Positions 1-13,390 of a stretch of DNA of 64,000 nt are shown in pieces; the stretch's first letter is position 1; every line of letters begins with the position of its first letter. The DNA comes from Leucoraja erinacea (Eukaryota): assembly GCF_028641065.1 (NCBI RefSeq), contig NC_073379.1, positions 12,586,001 through 12,650,000 on the forward strand, read 5' to 3'. A program made the translations under genes and the position numbers. The notes beneath the pieces were generated by a model that searched no databases, was not told the DNA's origin, and was given only the letters and a program-made list of their open reading frames with translations.

Positions 1-201
1 CCCCGACTCGAAACATCATGTTCTCCAGAGATTCTGCCTGACCCGCTGAGTTACTCCAGCACTCTGTGAAATGTCACCTATCCATGTTCTCCACAGATGC
101 TGCCTGACCCGCTGAGTTACTCCAGCACTCTGTGAAACGTCACCTATCCATGTTCTCCACAGATGCTGCCTGACCCGCTGAGGTACTCCAGCACCCTGTG
201 T
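1..201 (+). repeat. 66-bp tandem array derived from a Penelope-like terminal repeat
   Basis: Unit GAAACGTCACCTATCCATGTTCTCCA(C/G)AGATGCTGCCTGACCCGCTGAGTTACTCCAGCACTCTGT; period 66 (68 to 134). Confidence 0.9.
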
Positions 202-399
202 TCCTTCACTAAAGCTTCTTATTCCAGTAAACCTCTTTCCAAAGCCTTGGGTGTGGTGCCCAGAACGGGACACAATGGTCCATTTGTGGCCAAACCAACA
301 AACGTGCACTGTGACTTCCTTCCTCTTGTACTCTGTGCCTTATGGCCAGGAGCCTGTATGTTTCTTAATCCACTTTCTCAGATGCCTTCTACTGACCCG

Positions 400-735
400 C
401 GCACGTACACCGCCAGCTATCTTCGCATTTCTAGTCATAGACTCATACACACTGGCCAACCTGAGGAGCACCTTCAGCAACAGTCTGGTTCCACCAAGAT
501 GCAGCACAGAAAGCCACAGGAGATTATTTTTCCCTGCGGCTATCAAGCGGTACAACTCCTCCCCCTTCAGTCGTGGGGTAGACTGACTCCCCTCCCCTTC
601 ACCCCCCTCCCCAATCTTTGCACATCCCCAATCCTTTCCACTCGACACTTTAATTTCATGTTTCATGTGCCTTGTGTTTTATGACTGAATGCTGGTTCCC
701 TCCTGGGATAAATACGGTTCTATCGTATCATATCC
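400..735 (+). mobile_element. Rex1/Babar-like LINE 3' fragment (related copy about 27160-27500)
   Basis: LANLRSTFSNSLVPPRCSTESHRRLFFPAAIKRYN followed by a 3' UTR; the same peptide is in ORF 27198-27419. Confidence 0.65.
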
Positions 736-879
736 GACACTGCGTGGAAACATGCCCACATGTCCTAACTACACTAGTCCCACCTGCTTGGATTTGGCCC
801 ATATGCAGCTTAGCTTAGTTTAGCTTAGCTTACTGGTGGGACAGGCCCTTTAGGCACACCACTAGTCTCAGGTCTCCAG

Positions 880-1995
880 TCCGAGAAGCAACCTTCCACC
901 ATCACCCTCTGCTTCCTTCCATGAAGCCAATTTTACATCCATTCATCCATCTCTCCTTGAATCCCAGGGGATCTAACCTTCCAGTGCAGCCTACCATGTG
1001 GAATAATGTCGAATGCCTTACTGGTCCATGTATACAACATCTACAGTTCTGCCCTCATTGACCTTTTTGGTCACGTCTTCAAAAAACTCAATCAGATTTG
1101 TGAGTCGACGTCCCACAAACAAAACCATGCTGACTATCCCTAATCACCCCTTGTTTGTCTAAATGCACGTATATCCTATTCCTCAGAACACTCTCTGGTA
1201 ACTTTCCAACCACAGATGTTAAACGCACTGTAGTTCCTAACCCTTTCCCTGCAGCCCTTTTCGAACAGAGGCACAACATTTGCCTCCCTGTAGTCTTCCC
1301 GCATCTCTCCTGTATTTAACTCATAAATCTCCATGAGGGCTCCTGCCATCTCCTCTCTAGTTTCCCACAGGCCCGAGAGATTTATCAATCTTCATACATG
1401 TTAGGACCTTCAGCACCTCTGCGACCATAATTTTTGTAAGGTGTCCTTGAGACTCTTGAAAGGCGCCCATAAATAAAATGAATTATTATTATTATAATAC
1501 TGACTGCTCGCAAGACACTTCCAGTGACTACCTCAAGTTCCTCAGTCCTCCTGTCTTTCTCCTTGGTAAGAACAGAGAAGAAATACGCCTTGACTATTGA
1601 GTATGTCTTGCCCATCTCCTGTGGCTCCACACAGAGTTGACTGCTTTGATTCCTGAGGGGTCCCAGGGGTCCCAGTCTCTCTCTGGGTCCCAGTCTCTCT
1701 CTCCCTTTTTCCATTCATGTACTCACAAAATCTCTTTGGGATTATCCTTAATGCTATCCGCCTTAATGCTATCCGCCGGAGCCATCTCCTGTCCCCTTTT
1801 TACCTTTCTGATTTCTTTTTTTAGCTTACCCCTTAGTTCCCAAAACCCCTTCAGGGATACACTCGATCCCAGCTGCCTCTACCTGTCCCATGTCTCCTTA
1901 TTACTCTTGACCAAAGCCTCAAATTCCCACATCATCCAGGCTTCTTTACGTTTGCCTGTCTTGCCCTTCACTCTAAAAAGGACCATGCATCTCCT
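880..1995 (-). mobile_element. Degenerate CR1 LINE ORF2 fragments
   Basis: Frameshifted peptides ..REANVVPLFEKG.., ..VVGKLPES..LDKQGVIRDSQHGFV.., ..YFFSVLTKEKD.. Confidence 0.75.
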
Positions 1996-4956
1996 GAACT
2001 CTTGTCAGCACACTGATAACAATATCATCATACCATCGATAAGTACAACAAGTACATTTTCAGTGGAATATATATGGAACAAGCTGCTCCATGAAGTATT
2101 TGAAGTGGGTATAATAACTAAAAAGACATTTGAACAGGTTCGTGGATAGGAAATGTTTAGAGGGATATGTGCCAAATGGGACCAGTTTAGAAGGGGCTGA
2201 AGGGGCTATTTCTGTGCCGTGTGTCACTATGACATCAGGTGGTCCAAAAGGGAAATGAAAGAGTGGAATTAACAAGAACTAGTGTGAACGGGAGATTGAT
2301 AGTCAGTGTGGACTCAGTGGGTCGAAGGGCCTGTTTCCATGCTGTATAACTAAACTAAAGAAATGTGTAGGAAGGAACTGCAGATGTTGGTTTACACCGA
2401 AGATAGACACAAAATGCTGAAGTAACTCAGCAGGACAGGCAGCATCTCTAGAGAAAAAGAATAGGTCAGAGAGGGGAGCAAAACTTCTTCAAAGTAGGCA
2501 TACCTTGAGGAGATTTCGCAATGGAGCAGACAAAATGTGGAGGAAGGAACTGCAGATGAAGAAGGGTCTTGACCCAAAATGTCACCTGTTCCTTTTCTCT
2601 AGAGACGGTGCCTGGCCCGCTGAGTTACTCGAGCATTTTGTGTCTATCTTTACTTAAGTTCCAGTGTGCTGTAGTATTGAAGTTTTCCCTTTTGCTTGAC
2701 TGTTGTATAAATGCACCCCTGGACCTCTCCGTAGAGTAAGGAAATTCTCCCTGGTGGACTGCTCACGTTTATACCACAGCAATATTGCAAGGACAATTGT
2801 TTTGGTCATTGTTGCATTGCTGTTTAGAACATAGAACAGTTCAGCACAGGCACAGGTCCTTCAGCCAACTATGTCCATGCCGAACCTGATGCCAAGTTAA
2901 ACGAATCTCCTCTGCCTGTACATGCATGTCCAAAACCCTCTTAAACTCCACTATCATATTTGCTTCCACAACCACCCCTGGCCAGCGCATTCCAGGCACC
3001 CACAACTGTGTAAAAATGTTGCCCCGCACGCGATCTATATTTCGCCGTTCTCTGCATATCCACGTGCCTATCTAAAAGCCTCCGAAAAACACACACAATC
3101 ATATCAGCCTCCTATCCTATGCCTATCAGCATTCGCCACCCTCTGTGTAAACAAAAACTGCTGCTAACATCTCCTTTAAACTTGGCCCTCCAATATTAAA
3201 GCTGTGCCCTCTAGTCTTTGACATTTCCACCCAGAGATAAAGACTCAACCCTTTCTATGCCTCTCATAATTTACTTCCATTTTTGACACACGATGTCTAT
3301 ATAATTTTCTATAGGGCAGCTTAGTGGCGCACCAGGGTCGCACAGTGGCGCAGCGGTAGAATTACGAGGCCAGAGACCTGAGTTGAGTTTTCTCCGGGTG
3401 CTCCCTCTTCGTCTTCTTGTTGCGTAGAGCATGCACAGCCTAAAGTTGTAAGACAACTTGTTCTGTTTGATCTTCTGTTTGTGCACGCCAGGTTGATTGC
3501 ATTTGTCGAAACAGGGTGGACCACGTGAAGGTTGCACTCTCTCACCCCCTGGGGTGCTCCGGTTTCCTCCCACACGTCAAAGACACTGGTTTGTAGGTTA
3601 ATTGGTTTGGGTAAAAGTGCAAATCGTCCCCAGAGTGTAGGATAGTGCTAGTGTATGGGATGGTCTACATTAATACATGTGTCAGAGGTTATGGGGAGAA
3701 GGCAGGAGAATGGGGTTAGTAGGGAGAGATGGATCAGCCATGATTGAATGGCAGAGTGGACTTGATGGACCGAATGGCCTAATTCTATTCCTAACACTTA
3801 CAACCTTCTGATCATACGATCACAGATCAGTGCGGACTTGATGGGCCGAAGAGCCTCTTTTCATGCTGTATCTCTAAACCTTATATAATTGTCTATACAA
3901 TTGTACAAACAAGAATACCCTTGCATGGCTCAAATTTAAAATCTACTAAAAATGTCTCTTTCACACACAAATGCACAAATACACAAGAGGATGAAGCAGA
4001 ATATTAAATAATTAAACTTCCACTGCTTTTAATTATGGGGTAACACACTTTTAAACACAGTGCTTCAGTCAGCCTAATTATGTGGACTGTGCTTTACAGA
4101 ACAAGTTACCAATCTTTGCAACGGGTCTACAACATGTAACACAAATAAAATGTGCAGCGAAAACGGATTCAAACTGCAAACATGGCCAACAAACAAAATC
4201 TGAGGTGACAATATCCAAAAGAGAACAGAGGGAGAAATAAATCAATCGACATCGACGGGCGGCATGCGGTAGAGTTGCTGACTCACAGCGCCAGAGACAC
4301 GGGTTCAATCCCAACTACAGGTGTCATCTGAGCAAAGTTAGTTCGTTCTCCCTGTGACCGTGTGGGTTTTCTCCAGGTGCTCTGGTTTAATCCCAGACTC
4401 CAAAGTCATTCAACTGGCTTCTGTAAATTGTCTCTAGGGTGTAGGATAGAACTAGTGTATGGGTTGTCGAACTGGGTGGGCCGAAGGGCCTGTTTCCACA
4501 CTGTATCACTAAACCGGTACATCGAATATCACTGTACCTAATTGGTACACGTGACACTAAAAGACCTTTCAACCTTTAAACTAAACTAAAGAATTTGGTC
4601 AACATTCAGCTAATATTGTGATGCAAAGAGCAAATGTTATGAAGTCATGGAGCACAGAACATAGAACTGTACAGCACAGGAATGGGCCATTTGACCTACA
4701 ATATCCCCCCTGACAATTGTGGATGTAGCCCAGTCTATCACATACACCAGACTCATCACCATTGACTGCATCTACACTTCACACTGCCTCGGTTAAGCAG
4801 CCAACATAATCATGGACTTGTCCCACCCCGGTCGTTCCTTCTTCTTCCCAGTCGCGTTGGGCAGAAGATACGGAAGTTTGAAAGCACGCAACACCACTCT
4901 GTAAAGTTTCTTAAATTACACTATATTTAATTACTTGTAATTGGAGAATTCACAAA

Positions 4957-5280
4957 GGGTCCCGACCCGAAACGTCACCTATCCACATCCACCAGATGCT
5001 GCCTGACCCGCTGAGTTACTCCAGCCTGTGAAACGTCACCTATCCATGTTCTCCACAGATGCTGCCTGACCCGCTGAGTTACTCCAGCACTCTGTGAAAC
5101 GTCACCTATCCATGTTCTCCAGAGATGCTGCCTGACCCATTGTTACTCCAGCACACTCTGTGAAACGTCAGTTCCATGTTCTCCAGAGATGCTGCCTGAC
5201 GCTGAGTTACTGTGAAACGTCACCTATCCATGCTCTCCAGAGATGCTGCCTGACCCGCATTAGTTACTCCAGCATATTGT
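4957..5280 (+). repeat. Same 66-bp unit array, about 5 degenerate units
   Basis: Direct repetition of the unit with small deletions. Confidence 0.88.
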
Positions 5281-6380
5281 GTGCTTTCTTTGGTTTTCAT
5301 CTGCAGTTCCAAGTGATTACATGCAAAGTTCATACCGTTGTGTTGCAAGCTACTCAAGCAGAATACGAGAATAGGTAGCCACACCAACTGGAGATTCCAA
5401 ACCACTAGAATTTACAAATAGGGGGATATCTAAGTTTTAGTGTACACCGGCTGTAATTCAAACTGATACTTCTGGACGATCTATTTAAATACAAAATGCT
5501 GGAGTATCTCAGTGGGACAGGCAGCATCTCGGGAGAGAAGGAATGGGTGACGCTTCCTGTCAAGACCCTTCTTCAGACGGAAGGAGTGTCTCGATCCAAA
5601 ACATCACCCATTACTGCTCTCCAGAGATGCTGCCTGGCCCGCTGAGTTACTGCAGCATTTTGTGTTGATCTTCGGTGTAAACCAGCATCTGCAGTTCCTT
5701 CCGACAGTAGTTAAAGACAAGCTGGCTCTGCCATTATGATTTTGTGATCGAACCACTGGGGCAGCCATGACTCACCGCTGCTAATTGTAGCAAGACGATG
5801 GAGAATTATTTAGACAGCAGTAGACGCTCTGAAAATACTGGTGGACAGAAATAAACCCTACATGGTGAATTTGTGGAGTATTGGGGTAGAATTACACAAG
5901 ATGGATCATGTTTGTTTAACTTGACATCATGTTCGGCATGGAACTTGCGGCCTAAAAATAATGTTCTTTTACTTTAGTTAAGTACTTTACTTTAGAGATA
6001 CAGCGTGGAAACAGGTCCTTCAGCCAAACGAGTCCGTGCCAACCAGCGATCACCTTGTACACTAGCACTCCCTTGATCCAGTATCTGTACACAGTGGACG
6101 GCTCGACTGTAGCCATGTATAGTCCATCCGCTGAATGGATAGCACACAACAAAAGCTATTCACTGTATCTCGGATAATAAACTAAACTAACTATCCTACA
6201 CACTAGGGATAATTTACAATTTTTAACAGAAGCCAATGAACCGACAAACCTGTACGTCTTTGGAATGTGGGAGGAAACCAGAGCTCCCAGAAAAATTCCA
6301 TGTAGTCACGGTGAGAACCTGAAAACTCCATACAGACAGTGCCTGTAGTCAAGATCGAACCCGGGTCTCTGGTGCTATAA

Positions 6381-6606
6381 TGCCCCTGTCCCACTTAGGA
6401 AACCTGAACGGAAACCTCTGGAGACTTTGCGCCCCACCCAAGGTTTCCGTGCGGTTCCTGGAGGTTGCAGGTGGTTGCCGTAGGTTGCAGGTAGTGGAAG
6501 CAGGTAGGGAGACTGACAAAAACCTCCGGGAACCGCACTGAAACCTTGAGTGGGGTGCAAAGTCTCCAGAGGTTTCCGTTCAGGTTTCCTAAGTGGGACA
6601 TGGGCA
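6381..6606. mobile_element. Palindromic MITE, PIF/Harbinger-like, with TAA TSD, inserted in a V-SINE
   Basis: About 90-bp TIRs TGCCCCTGTCCCACTTAGGAAACCTGAACGGAAACCTCTGGAGACTTTGC...; TAA at 6378-6380 and 6607-6609 duplicates the SINE's ...gct(a)taa|ggcagc site. Confidence 0.85.
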
Positions 6607-7769
6607 TAAGGCAGCCACTCTAACGCTGCACCACCGGGCCGCACGTTCTGCTGTCCTTTTCTGGAATCTATCTTCTAACAAAGAAGGCCATTCAGCCCAT
6701 TATGCCTGTGCTAGCTTTTTTAAAGGACGATTCATCAACATAGAACAACATAGAACAGCATAGAAACTGGCCAAATCACCCACCCCAACACTAACCACAA
6801 CACTACCTCAGCATCAAACCACAGACTTTGTACAAGGTTGCAATACCTACTTTGCCTTGCGGTCTGGTCACCGAGTATAACTGACCATTTTTGTATCATT
6901 GTTGTTGTGTTATTGCATTAAAGGGCCTGCAGCAAATAAGACTTTTGCTGTGTGGGAAGGAACTGCAGATGCTGGTTTACACAGCCGATGGACACAAAAT
7001 ACTGGAGTAACTCAGCGGGTCAGGCAGCATCTCTGGTGAAAAGGAATAGATGATGTTTCGGGTCGAGATCCTTCTTCAGACTGAGGTTCTGGTCTCAGCA
7101 CAGGAGGTTGAGGGGTGATCCTATGGAGGTGTATAAGATTATGAGAGGAATAGATATGGTGAATGCAGAGGCTTTTGTCCAGAGTAGGGGAATTGTAAAC
7201 CAGAGGACAAAGCTGAGTGGGGGAAAGATTTAATATGAACCTGAGGGATATATTTTTTTTTCAGAAAGGGTGGTGGGCGAATGGAGTGAGCTGCCGGAGG
7301 AGGTAGTTGAGGCAGGTACTATCACAACGTTTAAGAGATATTTGGGCAGGCACATGGATAGGGCAGGTTTAGAGGGATATGGGACAGCTGTGAGCAGGTG
7401 GGACGTGCAGATGGGGTGTGTTGGTCGGCTCTGAAGCGCATGTTTCCACTCTATGACTCCCTGAAATTGGAAACACAAGTAGATCGATTGGTAAAGGAGG
7501 GGTCTGGCATCCATAAAATGCTGGAGCAGCCCAGCATGTGCAGTTCCTTCCTGCACAGGGGTATGGTATACTTGCCTTCATCGGTTGGGGCAACAAGTAT
7601 AAGAGTCAGGACGTCACGATGCAGCATGACTTTAATAACATGACTTTAATAACTCTAATAGCATGAGTCAATAATATTTTGGTTAGGACACATGTGGTGT
7701 ATTGCCTGCGGTTCTGGTCATCCCCTTTGCAAGAAGGCTTTGGACAAGGTGCAGAAGCTGACAGGAATC

Positions 7770-8420
7770 ACCACATCCAAGGGGCAATACCTATCTTCCC
7801 CTCTACATCGTGGACCAGGGATGGAGGGTATTACATCGAGGTGTCCCCTGCAACCTGTATCTCTCGCGGTTCACAGACTCGCCAGCTGCCTGCCACTTTT
7901 GTGGGCTGGAAGAGTCTGTGTACCACGTGTACATGGAGTGTGTGAGGCTGCAGCCCCTGTTCCAATACCTAAAGGGGCTGCTTCTTTCCTTCTGGCTGCA
8001 TTTTTCACCCACCAACCTCATCTTTGGAAACCCTGTGCGTAGGGGAGAGGGTAGGGCTGAAGATGTCCTGGTTGGGTTGCTCCTGGGCCTGGACAAGCTG
8101 GCCATCCGCGAGTCACGGCGCCAGGCGGTGGAGGACTCTGCCCGAGCCGGCTACCCGCCCCTTTTCCAGGGATACGTTCGTGCCCGGGTGGGGTTAGAGA
8201 GGGACCACGCCCTGTCCACGGGCACCCTGGGGGATTTCCGGGACCGCTGGGCACCGCGGGGGGTGGAATGCATCCTGGACAAGGAGTGTAACATAGTTGT
8301 ATAGCAGTTTATTAAGGATTTTTGTTTGTATTGTATTATGGTGGTGGGTTCTGATTTTTTAATTGTAGTGTAATATTTTATTTTTTAAATAAGGTGCAAA
8401 AAAATAAAATAAAAATAGGG
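7770..8420 (+). mobile_element. Tx1/L1-clade ORF2 C-terminal fragment with A-rich tail
   Basis: WRVLHRGVPCN..CHFCGLEESVYHVYMEC CCHC-type zinc knuckle, ..FRDRWAP..; ends in aaaaataaaataaaaata. Confidence 0.8.
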
Positions 8421-10965
8421 CAATACAGAAAGTGCAGTTGGACAAATTTCATTGTTTTCTCTGGAATGCCGGAGGTTGAGGGGAGAACTGATAGAAGTAT
8501 ATACATTTATGAGAGGTATAGATATGGTAGATAGTCCGATCCTTTATTCCTAGGTGGAAAGGTCAAAGACACCAGGGCATGGCCTTAAGGTGACAGGGGC
8601 AAAATGTAAAGGTGATGTGCGGGGAAAGTTTTTTTTTACACAGAGGGTGGTGGGTGCCTGGAAAATGCAGTCAAGGGTGGGGGTGGAGGCAGATACGATA
8701 GTGGCGTTTAAGGGGCTTTTAGATGGGGACATGGATATGCAGGGAATGGAGGGATATGGATCATGTTCAGGCAGGGGAGTTCAGACAAAGTGCTGGAGTA
8801 ACTCAGTGGGTCAGGCAGCATCTCTGGAGAACATGGATAGGTGACGTTTCGGGTCGGGACCCTTCTTCGGGACCCTTCTTCAGACTCAGCTGAGATCAGT
8901 TTAACACGCCATCATGTTTGGCACAGTCATCTTGGGCTGAAGAGCCTTTTCCTGTGCTGTACTGTTCTACATTTACAATTAAACCAGCAATTATCATATT
9001 AAGCAGCAGGGAAGGTTTCTAACTTCATTCTCAGTCTACACCAGTGTTTATGATCAACGCACGATTCCTCCCACCCCCTCCGCCTCTCACCGTATCTGTC
9101 TATTATTTAATTAGTCCTACTCGCCCACTTATCTTACTCATTGCTCTGTTATATTAAAAAAAAAACCTGTGCAATTATTTATCCAGTTTAATTTTGAAAG
9201 TAGACACAAAGTGCTGGTTTAACTCAGCATCTCTGGACAGAAGGAATGGGTGACCTTTCGTGTCAAGACCCATCTGCAGACGTAAGAATGGTCTCGATCC
9301 GAAACGTCACCCATTCCTTCTATCCAGAGATGCTGCCTGTCCAGCTGAGTTACTCCAGCATTTTGTGTCTATCTTCGGTGTAAAAGTCATGACCATAAGT
9401 GATAGGAGCAGAATTAGGCCATTCGGCCCATCAAGTCTACTCCGCCATTCAATCACGACTGATCTATCTCTCCCTCCTAACCCCATTCTCCTGCCTTCTC
9501 CAGGATAAAGGGAATAATGTTTAGTTGCAAGATAAACTCCAGTAGAGTCTGTGGGTCTCCAATGAGGTAGATGGGAGGTTAAGACCGCTCACTGGTTGGC
9601 GATAGGATGGTTCAGTTGCCTGATAAAAGTTGGGGAGAAATTGTCACTGAATCTGGAGGTGTGCGTTTTCACACTTCTGTACCTCTTGCCTGATGGGAGA
9701 GGGGAGAAGAGGGAGTGACCGGGGTGAGACTGGTCCTGGATTACTGTCTGCTGGTTGCCGAATGGCCCACTCCAGACTGCAGTAGTTTTGTGCTGAGTGC
9801 AGCCAACACCAAAGCTCCTTGGGGGAGGACCACAGTCTAGGGTCCTTCCTCTGCTGGACATTGAGGGGACACTCATCAAATAGGAGAAGGGATATCACTC
9901 CAGGAGGTCACAGGATAACGGAAGAGTTGTGAGAAGGGAGTTGGAAGAAGGGACGGGACATTGGCACAGCGGTAGGTGAATTGGCTTGGTATAATTGTAA
10001 ATTGTCTCTAGTGTAGGATGGTGTTAGTATATGGGGATTACTAGTCGGTACAGACTCGATGGGCTGAAGGGCCGGTTTTTTGTGCCGTATCTCTAAACTA
10101 AAACTAGAACTAGTGTACGGGGATCGCTGGTCGGCACAGACATGGTGGGCTGAAGGGCCGTTTCCGCATTGTATCTCTAAAGCAAACTAAACTGAACTTA
10201 GTTTTTGCAATGTTCTTTTTTTTTTGTCGATATTTTTTTATTTTGAAGAAGGTTTATTTTTGGAAATTAAAAACAAAACCCCTGGTGACGTTCTGCTGGG
10301 CAGGAACAACTTCCTCTTAGTTACTGCATCAACATTGCCCTGGGCAAAATAAAACTGCACAGGGAGACCATTAAAACTGGTCACCCTCAGGGATAACGAG
10401 CGGAACAGCGCAGTGGGTAGAGCCACTGCCTCACAGCTCCAGCGAATCAGGTTCAAGCCCGACCTCCGCCGCTGTCTGAGTGGAGTTTGCCAGACCTCCC
10501 TGTGACTGTGTGGGCTCTCACCCTGGGATGCTCCCATTTCCTCTCACTCACCCATGGTGTTGTTGTGTTAAATGGCCACTGTGAGTGGAGCCCCTGGAGT
10601 GTAAGCGAGTGGTCGAGACTTATTTTTTACTATACAAATACTTTTATTCAGAAAATAAAATAAACATACAGAGTATCAACACGATCAAAGACTGCCTATG
10701 TTGACAGTTTACAAACAAAGGCTCATCTTATTAATATATCGCCAACTTCATAAACAAAACCCTCGACCTCCCGGCAGCGACCAGCGTCCACGGAAGGCCT
10801 CCATGCTCCCCCCTGCGAATGGCCATCTTGGCCAGGCCCAGGAGCAGACGGACAGGGAGATCCCCCCCCCCACCTCCCTCCCGACCATTCCCCCCTCTGA
10901 GTGGTAGAGACTGGGAGGAATGGAAGGGCTTGTGGCATTGTCACATCTACAGAGGTACAGTGATA

Positions 10966-11440
10966 CGGTGCAAAACAAGCTCGAAAGGGTGCAGAGAAGG
11001 TTTATGTTGCCAGGTCTCGAGGGCCTGAGCTATAGGGAGAGGTTGCACAGTCTAGGACTTTATGCCTTGGAAGGCAGGATGATGAGGGCTGATCTTATAG
11101 AGGTGTATCGGATCATGAGAGGAATAGAATGGGTAAATGTAGAGTCTTTTACCAAAAACAGGGGAATCAAGAACCACTGGACATAGGTTTAAGGTGAGCA
11201 GGGAAAGATTTAATAAAAACCTCTGGTGCAAACTTTTTTTACACAAAGAGTGGTGGGTATATGGAACAAACTGCTGGAGGAGGTAGTTGAGGCACATACT
11301 ATCATAATAGTTAAGAAGCATTTGGACAGCTGTGGTTAAGAGGGATATGGGCCAAATGCAGGCACGTGGGACTATGTAGATTGGACATGTTGGTCGGTGT
11401 GGGAAAGTTGGGCCGAAGGGTCTGTTTCCACACAGTATGA
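10966..11440 (+). mobile_element. CR1 LINE 3' fragment
   Basis: LERVQRRF..PGLEGLSYRERL..LGLYALE..DLIEVYRIMRG followed by the CR1 3' UTR. Confidence 0.8.
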
Positions 11441-13064
11441 TGTTAATTTGTGTTTATTGTGTGTTTTTGTCATTTTTATTATATGTAGGACTGCAAAGCA
11501 ACAAAATTTCGTTCAGACCGAAAGGTCTGAATGACAATAAAGGATACTTTGACTTTGACTCGTGAATTTCCTCCGGGTGCTCCGGTTTCCTCTCACATCC
11601 CAGAGACGTGCAGCTTTATAGCTTATGGCCCTCTGTAAATTGCCCCGAGTGTGCAGGGACTTGGTAAGATAGTGGGACAACATAGAACTAGTGTGAACGG
11701 GTGATCGATAGTCAGCGTGGACTCGGGCGGCCGAAGGGCCTGTTTCCGTGCTGTATCTCTAAAACGCCCCTCAGCCTCCAACACTCCGGAGAAAACAAGT
11801 CTGAAGCACGGTTTCGACCCGAAACGTCACCCAATCGTTCTCTCCAGAGATGCTGCCTGTCCCACTGAGTTACTCCAGCATTTTGAGTCTATCCAAGTGT
11901 GATCAGCCTATCCTTATAGCTAATCGCCTCCAATCCAGGCATCATTCTGATAAACCTTGACTGCACCCTTTCCAAAGGCTCCACATCTGTCCTCTAATGG
12001 GAACAATTAGAAATGCACACCATACATCAAAGGCGGCCTAAACAAAGCTTTTAAAGCACAGAACCAATGATAAATTTAACAGATGGGAGAACAAAATAGG
12101 AAACAAAATGCAGAATATGTCACTGCAGCCACAGAGAAGGTGAAAACTTAAAAAAAAAAAAGTACAATAGCTACATGAGAAGAATAAGATAGTATTAGTG
12201 TAATGAGTGGTAGATGGATTGTGCAGAGATTCGTATGCAAACATAAAACTTAGAAAAGTACAGCACCGGAATAGGCCCTTCAGCCCATAATGTCCATGCT
12301 GAACACAATGCCAATTTACACTAATAGCGAAGTATGGTCTAGACCCAAAACGTCCATTCCTTCTCTCCAGAGATGCTGCCTGTCCTGCTGAGTTACTCCA
12401 GCATTTTGTTTCTATCACTAATCTCCTCTGCCTGCAAGTGATCCTTATCCCTCCATTCCCTGCGTATCGACGTGCCTGTCTAAAAGCCTCTTAAACGCCA
12501 CTATAATTTCTGCCTCCATCACCACTCCTGGCAGCGCGTTCCAGGGTGCAAGAGAATGTTTCCATATCATGTAACTCGAAAGAAGCATTAGACTGTTATC
12601 ACTTACTAACAATTCTATCAAACACTTTGCAGTTTGCAAACCCATGCTGGTTTAATTTAATTGATACCCTTTCCCCCAGGAGAAATAATGACATTTATTC
12701 TCAGTGAAAAAACTTGCAACAGTTTAGAATGAACAGGAGGCGATTAAACGCTTGGAACCTGTTTCATCATTCAGTCAGACTGCTGTTAATCTCCACCGGA
12801 ACCCAGTTTCAGAAGCGCTTTACAGCTAATGAATTACTCTGCAAAATCAATGTAATCTCTATTCCCAGAAACGTTGCTGAAGGGATGTACAAAGTTCTTT
12901 AATTAGCGGGATCAGAGGGTGCAATTATGGCCACACAAGTAGATAGAGCGGTGAAGAAGGAATATGGTAGACCTGCCTTCATCCGTCGGGGCATTGAGCA
13001 CAAGAGTCAGGAATTCATGTTGCACTTCATAAGACTTTGGTTAGGCTGCATTTGGAGGATTGTG

Positions 13065-13390
13065 TGCAGTTTAGTTTAGAGAATTAGCTCAGAAACAGGC
13101 CATTCGGCCCACCGAGTCCCCACAGACCAGCGATCCTCGCACATTAACGCTATCCTACTACACACACTGGGGACAATTTTTACACTTATACCAAGTCAAT
13201 TAACCCACAGACCTGTACGTCTTTGGAGTGTGGGAGGAAACAGAAGATCTCGGATGAATCCCACGTAGGTCACGGGGTGAACGTACAATCTCGGCACAGA
13301 CAGCGCCCGAGGTCAGGACCAAACCTGTGTCTCTGGCACTGTAAGCGCTGTAAGGCAGCAACTCTGCAGCTGTACCACCGTGCCACCCTA
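13065..13390 (-). mobile_element. HE1-type V-SINE
   Basis: Reverse complement of the same consensus. Confidence 0.82.

Noticed and set aside
16-309. ORFs with a repeated 22-aa peptide (also 32295-32573), superficially a repeat protein or CRISPR-like array
   Set aside because: Translation of the 66-bp tandem unit; no unique spacers, eukaryotic context.
5220-5405. Signal-peptide-like ORF (MVWNLQLVWLPILVFCL...)
   Set aside because: Non-ATG start, runs into a repeat, no supporting exons.
5776-5828. Minus-strand segment bounded by a good acceptor (ttttcag) and donor (gtgagt)
   Set aside because: Stops in all three frames and no TESK similarity; at most a cryptic exon.
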